DNA of 55,390 nucleotides from a virus (Duplodnaviria; Caudoviricetes): IMG/VR virus record IMGVR_UViG_3300044984_002141, positions 1 to 55,390 of that record; one strand, 5' to 3'. Shown piece by piece: positions 50,026 to 55,390 of this stretch (position 1 is its first letter; each line of letters starts with the position of its first letter). The notes under the pieces were generated by a model. It saw only the letters and a program-made list of their open reading frames with translations, ran no database searches and was not told where the DNA came from. The position numbers and the translations under genes were made by a program.

Positions 50026-51515
50026 TGTATACAGTATATAAACATTTATCAATATACTTAGCATTTGATGATTTAAAGTACTTTTCAGTATATGAAGATG
50101 GTATGAGTGGGCCACCAATAAATGTAGATTGGAATGGAGCAGTTGCTCCAACTCGACCTAGGGTAGCCGCGGTTAGGGCAAATGCTGCATTAGGTATTGA
50201 TGCAGCACCAGCTATTCCCGCAATAACTTATTACGATACGGTTGATGGGTTAGCTCCTACAACACCGTTAACAGTCGAAGATTACTTGATTCACACTGGA
50301 ATGACGGTAAGTTCTTTATCCCGCACAACGTATAATTATAAAGCTGCTGGTGCATCTACTAGACCGTACCCACCAAGGGTAAATAATATATTAGTAGATT
50401 TAAAAGATATTATTACTGGCGGTGGTGCAGCATCATACATGAATGATGGTAGTAATTCAGAATCAACTTCAACCGGATACACTGGCGGCTGGACTCATGT
50501 GAACACTACTATTGTTAATAGTTATTATTATCGAATGGTGTTGACATCGGGTGATAATAAGTATGCAACATTATCAGCAGATTCATCTGGGACTAACATA
50601 GTGTTAAACTTATATGGTGGTGATCCAGATGGTGCAGGCATACCTATAACAATATCGTACTCGTTTCCAATAAAAGGTGCAATGCCGGTAATTGGCCCAA
50701 CACCTAGAGCTTACGTGCACGGTAGTTTATTTTTTATTAGTATGTCTCCTAATCATTTATGTATGTTTACTCGAGATATTACAAAAAACCCATATTATTA
50801 CTCAGGGCTTATTTTTTCAAACTTTACACCTAACTACTCATGGTTAACAAGTAAAGGTGTTCACCCGTTCTGCGCATTTACATTTAATTCAAACGGGTTA
50901 ACTAATCTGTCTAATATGTCCGCGTACTCATCAAACAGGTTAAATCCACCGAGTACAACATTATCGATTGGTGCAGGCGCGCAGTACACATTAGTAATGC
51001 CGTCTGGTTCAAACACTCATGCGATACTAAAACAAAATGGTGGTACTATATTTCGATACAAAGGCGGTGGTAGCCCAACCGTAACACCGCTGTTGGTTAA
51101 GGCTTTAGAAGGTCAGTGGAATACAGATATTCTAACCTCGGCTGGTCCATCAAATATTTCAACCACCACACCTATTACATTTACAGATAACGGTTCTTCT
51201 TCACCAAATTATTTCTTAAATCCTATTAATGGTTACCCGTATTCATACAGCGCATCTTATTCGGTATACAGTTTATCGCAGCGAGCAGTTACGTATAGTA
51301 CTAACGGTCAAAGATCTATTATATTAATTCCAATCGGTATAGTGCATTCACAATCAGGTACACAAGGAAATTTATCAGAAAAATGTAATATATACTTAAT
51401 ATCAGGCCATGTGGATGATGCACTTGCATGGACAAATAATCCATTAGCTATGTTTGATTGTGATAATGGTAGCTGGTATCTTAGAGTGGGTTCATTTGCA
51501 ATAGGTATGGATTAA
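50025..51515 (+). CDS. Cassette paralogue 6
   Basis: MYTVY, ILVDLKDIIT, FFISMSPNHL, GNLSEKCNIY. Confidence 0.6.
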   Translation: MYTVYKHLSIYLAFDDLKYFSVYEDGMSGPPINVDWNGAVAPTRPRVAAVRANAALGIDAAPAIPAITYYDTVDGLAPTTPLTVEDYLIHTGMTVSSLSRTTYNYKAAGASTRPYPPRVNNILVDLKDIITGGGAASYMNDGSNSESTSTGYTGGWTHVNTTIVNSYYYRMVLTSGDNKYATLSADSSGTNIVLNLYGGDPDGAGIPITISYSFPIKGAMPVIGPTPRAYVHGSLFFISMSPNHLCMFTRDITKNPYYYSGLIFSNFTPNYSWLTSKGVHPFCAFTFNSNGLTNLSNMSAYSSNRLNPPSTTLSIGAGAQYTLVMPSGSNTHAILKQNGGTIFRYKGGGSPTVTPLLVKALEGQWNTDILTSAGPSNISTTTPITFTDNGSSSPNYFLNPINGYPYSYSASYSVYSLSQRAVTYSTNGQRSIILIPIGIVHSQSGTQGNLSEKCNIYLISGHVDDALAWTNNPLAMFDCDNGSWYLRVGSFAIGMD

Positions 51516-51516
51516 T

Positions 51517-52935
51517 ATGGCCGAAAGTTTTATTTACAATGTCCCTCCTACCAGTGTAGTTCAAGTTACTGGTGAGTGGGTCGATCGTGCACCAGATATT
51601 AAAACAAAGTATCTTGGAATAGGTTTTGTTGAACCGGTTGAAGTCGATGGTGTTATTGCAAACATGTCTGCAGCTAAGCTAGGAATTGCAATAAGTAACG
51701 ATTTTAGTGAAAGTAATAAACTTGCAACAAATAAACAACAACATTTGGGTGGTGGTAATGTCGTTGATTTTAACGATTCTGATATACGGGGGTTTGCTCA
51801 AGTACTGTACCTTGGTATCGGTGTGGTAGCTACTCCACCAGAAGTTAGTTTCTTAGCGTATAACACTCAACGGTGGTTAGGTATAGCAAACAGTACTACT
51901 AACAGTGATGTTGATACACAGGCGTATAACGTGCAGCGCTATCTAGGAGCTAGTAATGTATTAGCCTTATCGGATAGAGATATACCGGTTAAAGGTATTG
52001 AGACTACTTTAGGTATTGGTTGCGTTAGTACATTTAGTGATAATGATTACACAGCATGGAGTGGTAAGTATCCAAGATGGATGGGACGTGCACACGCCCC
52101 AAAAACAACCGAGCGAGATATCTTTACTATGCCACCGGGTGATGTTAATTTAGGTGCAAGTGTATTAATATTACCGGTTGAGCCAGATGTTATTTCATTA
52201 TCGCGCGATTCAGCATCATTAGGTATTGCAAACTACTTAGCATTCAATGAGTATGATTTGTTTGGATTAAGTAACAATATTACAGATGAAGGAGCAATAC
52301 TTAATTCATTTGGTGGTGCAAATATTGAACCGCCAAATGATCCTGATTTACTTGCAATTGGACCTGGGCGAGATGGTAAATATGGACCATTCTTAAGATT
52401 TAAGTGTGATAGTGATAGCATTAACATATTAACTCCGGTAGTAATCCCGAGTAACTGGTTGTTTAGTAATCTTAGTTCATTTAGAAGAATACTTGCACCT
52501 AAAAATAATAGACGTGCAGCAACGACATTAGATTTATTGAATAATGCAAACACTAGAAATGATCCAAATCACCCTGCGTTAGAAACCCCAAGGTTGTTGA
52601 CGCATTTAATATTTGATCCAATTACAAAACCAGCTGTAAGCACATATTATTTAACGTACATATTAGATATTGCAGTTGCACCTACACCTCAGAAGGATCC
52701 ACTCGACTTCCAGATACCTGAAGAATATAGAACAGATAGTACCTTTGAATATTATTCTACTGATCCATCAAATACATGGACGATTCATCATCAGCTAGGT
52801 TATATACCTAGGGTTGTTGTTTTTGTTAATGATGTAGTTTATTCAGACCCACGAATGGTTATTACGCAGTTTAGTGAGAATACGACTATTATTCAATTCC
52901 CAGGTAAAGTATCGGGTATTGCTAGATTATCCTAG
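51517..52935 (+). CDS. Chimeric structural protein: 22-aa repeats + C-half of the LTH module + WxIxH module
   Basis: Ten LG[IA][GAS]-type repeats, then YGPFLRF..NWLF..PRLLTHLIFDPITKPA, then WTIHHQLG. Confidence 0.65.
   Translation: MAESFIYNVPPTSVVQVTGEWVDRAPDIKTKYLGIGFVEPVEVDGVIANMSAAKLGIAISNDFSESNKLATNKQQHLGGGNVVDFNDSDIRGFAQVLYLGIGVVATPPEVSFLAYNTQRWLGIANSTTNSDVDTQAYNVQRYLGASNVLALSDRDIPVKGIETTLGIGCVSTFSDNDYTAWSGKYPRWMGRAHAPKTTERDIFTMPPGDVNLGASVLILPVEPDVISLSRDSASLGIANYLAFNEYDLFGLSNNITDEGAILNSFGGANIEPPNDPDLLAIGPGRDGKYGPFLRFKCDSDSINILTPVVIPSNWLFSNLSSFRRILAPKNNRRAATTLDLLNNANTRNDPNHPALETPRLLTHLIFDPITKPAVSTYYLTYILDIAVAPTPQKDPLDFQIPEEYRTDSTFEYYSTDPSNTWTIHHQLGYIPRVVVFVNDVVYSDPRMVITQFSENTTIIQFPGKVSGIARLS
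51613..52284 (+). repeat. Ten tandem 22-24 aa repeats
   Basis: LG/MG anchors spaced 22,22,22,22,22,22,24,23,23 aa. Confidence 0.8.
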
Positions 52936-52950
52936 CAATACCCTGATGTA

Positions 52951-53397
52951 CTACTTGTTGGCTTTTGCAGCCGCGGCAGGTGATGCAGGTTTAGCTGCTG
53001 CATCAAAGCTTGGAGGTGGTGCTACTGGTGCAGCTTGTGCTGGTGGTGCTGCGATAGGAGCAGGTGGTGGCGCTTGACGTGGACCGCTTAATTTACCACT
53101 ACCATATGGTAGCACTTGACCACTAGTTGTTAGTTGTTTAGATAGTTGATTAAAATAACTTAGCGCGTTTGCACCATTACCTAACGTATTTTGTTCGAGC
53201 AATTGCCATAACTCAGTATACATTCCAGCGTTACGATTTGTAATAATAGCGTGTAAGCGTTGTTTATCAATATGATCTAACGATGAAAGTGGGATAAAAT
53301 AGATATCACCACTTTCAAATTTTTTCATGACTGCAACTTCAACTAACATTCCAGTACCGTCGATGTCCAACCACTCGATAAAACGATATTTACTCAT
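52951..53397 (-). CDS. Hypothetical protein with a Pro/Ala-rich tail
   Basis: 148 aa, SD GGAG; AATAAATA upstream. Confidence 0.75.
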   Translation of the reverse strand: MSKYRFIEWLDIDGTGMLVEVAVMKKFESGDIYFIPLSSLDHIDKQRLHAIITNRNAGMYTELWQLLEQNTLGNGANALSYFNQLSKQLTTSGQVLPYGSGKLSGPRQAPPPAPIAAPPAQAAPVAPPPSFDAAAKPASPAAAAKANK

Positions 53398-53399
53398 TT

Positions 53400-53448
53400 A
53401 AAACTCCAATTATATTAAATTTTATATGTGCATATTTATTGGAGTTTT
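53400..53448 (-). promoter_or_regulatory. SD-sequestering hairpin with an embedded late promoter
   Basis: Minus-strand AAAACTCCAAT pairs with ATTGGAGTTTT (11 bp); AATAAATA at 53433-53440. Confidence 0.65.
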
Positions 53449-53487
53449 TTTCAGGGTGGAAATAAGTAGTTGATTAAAAAGCTATAG

Positions 53488-54456
53488 TTATCTAGAAGAT
53501 AGCATTGGAATATAACTATCTAGATACCGACTAACATTCTTTAGTTCGTTTTGACCTAAGAACTTCATAAATTTAAATTGATTAAAGGATTTCTGCTTAT
53601 TGAACTCACTATCAATAGTATCCCACATAAGCTCTTGTATATGTGCTGGTTGATGAGTTAAGTTCATAAGCAATTTATTCTCTGTAACGATATCACCCAC
53701 CAACATAACTCGCTCATCCATATGAATCCATTCAGTATTCATTAAGTTTGTATGAGTATAACCATCTTCAAATGCTTCTTGTATCTTTTTTGTTCTAATA
53801 CGTGGTAAGGCTGATTGCACATTATCTCCACGGTCACCACGAAGATACTTATGATACAGAAAGAAGTCAATTGATTCAATCTCATTATTTTCAATTGTAC
53901 GCTGTTTACCATTAGCAGGATCAATTAATATTACTCTATCATATCTAAGTAATTGTAACATATCCTTATCAGCACTAACAATAGCTACACTGTGATCATC
54001 AACTGTATACTTATTAGTAGATCTATTATCACCTGAGGAATCTTCACCACCGTATATTCTACATATACCCGCAATTAAATCATCAGCTTCTAACCCATCT
54101 GCAGCCAGACAAGTAATTCCAGTACAGTCTCTAATTAATTGTTCAAACTCTAATACAAATTGCTTAAAGTTATCATACATTACTTGTTCAGCTGGTTTCA
54201 TTTGCTGACGTCTATGACCTTTGTACAGTTTACGTGAGTAGCATTGTTCAGATTTTGTATATTCCGCCCGCCAATTTGCCCGATCAAAAACAAATGCCAT
54301 TCTAACAGGTTTTAAGCTATTATAGTATTTGTTTAATGTAGTTAAACTTGTATTATATGCTAACTTTCTAATAAGATCATGATCAGTTTCTCTGCTATGA
54401 ACATAAAACGTCTTATATAAAATGTTACTCATATCTAAAACTAAAATATTGCTCAT
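53488..54456 (-). CDS. rnh: T4 RNase H-like 5'-3' exonuclease
   Basis: ILVLDMSN, FVFD...WR, YKGHR, LEADDLIA, VSADKDMLQL, LRGDRGDNV; start refined to 54456. Confidence 0.9.
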   Translation of the reverse strand: MSNILVLDMSNILYKTFYVHSRETDHDLIRKLAYNTSLTTLNKYYNSLKPVRMAFVFDRANWRAEYTKSEQCYSRKLYKGHRRQQMKPAEQVMYDNFKQFVLEFEQLIRDCTGITCLAADGLEADDLIAGICRIYGGEDSSGDNRSTNKYTVDDHSVAIVSADKDMLQLLRYDRVILIDPANGKQRTIENNEIESIDFFLYHKYLRGDRGDNVQSALPRIRTKKIQEAFEDGYTHTNLMNTEWIHMDERVMLVGDIVTENKLLMNLTHQPAHIQELMWDTIDSEFNKQKSFNQFKFMKFLGQNELKNVSRYLDSYIPMLSSR

Positions 54457-54460
54457 ATAA

Positions 54461-54715
54461 CTACTCATAATCACTGATATTGTTAGTTTTTTCACGAATA
54501 CGTTCGATCATATCCGAATACAACACTACTAAGTATTTTTGTATAACTAATTCATCAGTTGTACCACTATAACCTGACTCTTTTAGGTACTTAACAAACT
54601 CATCAGTCCAATTTAGTGCTAGTTCAATACCATGTTCTGGATGAATAGTATCACCAATTATGCTAATATATGGTTGTTTCTCTGGCTTTTTTTTAAAGAA
54701 TGAAAATAAACTCAT
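54461..54715 (-). CDS. Hypothetical protein
   Basis: 84 aa, SD AAGGAG, between the clamp-like gene and rnh. Confidence 0.7.
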   Translation of the reverse strand: MSLFSFFKKKPEKQPYISIIGDTIHPEHGIELALNWTDEFVKYLKESGYSGTTDELVIQKYLVVLYSDMIERIREKTNNISDYE

Positions 54716-54724
54716 ACGAACTCC

Positions 54725-55390
54725 TTATTTCTTGATTGGTATATATACATCAATATTACTGACTTGAATATGTAACATCCCGTTATTTGTAATATAAAAT
54801 TTATTATCAGTGCACTTGGTAAATGCTTGTATAATGGATTTTATATGATACACGTATGTAAAGTTAATATCATCATCACTAGTTAAATTAACCGCTACAG
54901 AGTCATCATACACGAGTTTATCGTTATTATCATCATAAATTTTATATGATACCCGATTATCATTACACATAATAGCTAACTCTTCAGCTTTCATAGCTGA
55001 CTTGCCCTTATTGATCATTCCTGCAAGATCTGCATCAATTGATATTTCATATAAATCAGCTACTTTAAGTTCTTTTGGAGCTGTAATGCCTTTGATTTTA
55101 GCACATCTATATTCAACATTTAATTTAGATGATTTAATGATCAGCATAGACGCATCCGCAAGTGGTCCGTCAGATATACAATCAATTGAATTTCCATTAC
55201 TTAATGCTAATCGATTTTGTAATATTTCAATACGATTAACTCCAACTGCTGCACAACCGATATCTATATCACACGGAGTGAATATTGCTGCAGATCTATC
55301 GTCGCTAATTCCTCTAATAATATGTGGTTCTATAATAAATTGCTCGATACCAAACATCTTTGCAATACTAGTTGCATTTAATATTGTACT
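54725..55390 (-). CDS. Sliding-clamp-like (gp45-like) protein, 5'-partial
   Basis: Frame open to the window end; alternating beta/alpha two-domain pattern and replication-gene context; sequence match judged by eye only. Confidence 0.5.
   Translation of the reverse strand, partial: STILNATSIAKMFGIEQFIIEPHIIRGISDDRSAAIFTPCDIDIGCAAVGVNRIEILQNRLALSNGNSIDCISDGPLADASMLIIKSSKLNVEYRCAKIKGITAPKELKVADLYEISIDADLAGMINKGKSAMKAEELAIMCNDNRVSYKIYDDNNDKLVYDDSVAVNLTSDDDINFTYVYHIKSIIQAFTKCTDNKFYITNNGMLHIQVSNIDVYIPIKK

Noticed and set aside
53400-53451. Plus-strand intrinsic terminator
   Set aside because: The loop is 27 nt and it lies antisense at a gene start; SD sequestration fits better.
1-55390. CRISPR array, tRNA, rRNA, reverse transcriptase/DGR, integrase, dpdA, queD
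   Set aside because: None recognised by eye; small RNAs could have been missed without a scan.

Overview
AT-rich segment of a large T4-related (jumbo) myophage genome in standard genetic code. Left to right it contains: a tail-tube-like protein (partial), gp4-like head-completion nuclease and TerS; a terminase large subunit broken into three ORFs by two atypically split inteins (30-aa IntN, 109-110-aa IntC), each fracture holding a different free-standing HNH endonuclease gene; an Ig-domain protein and six paralogous fibre/baseplate proteins; a mixed early/late block (QueC, class II glutamine amidotransferase, FolE, QueE, TraR/DksA-like protein, a 193-aa mini-DnaE, SleB-type hydrolase, dCTP deaminase/dUTPase, small proteins with capsid-targeting-like N-termini); a repeat-array protein; giant baseplate proteins; a structural gene apparently split by a ~8-kb cassette of six paralogues; then RNase H-like exonuclease and a partial sliding-clamp-like gene. 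The strongest candidate for a new system is the doubly fractured TerL, which would need three-piece protein trans-splicing by two mutually orthogonal inteins. All family calls rest on motif recognition by eye; no searches were run.
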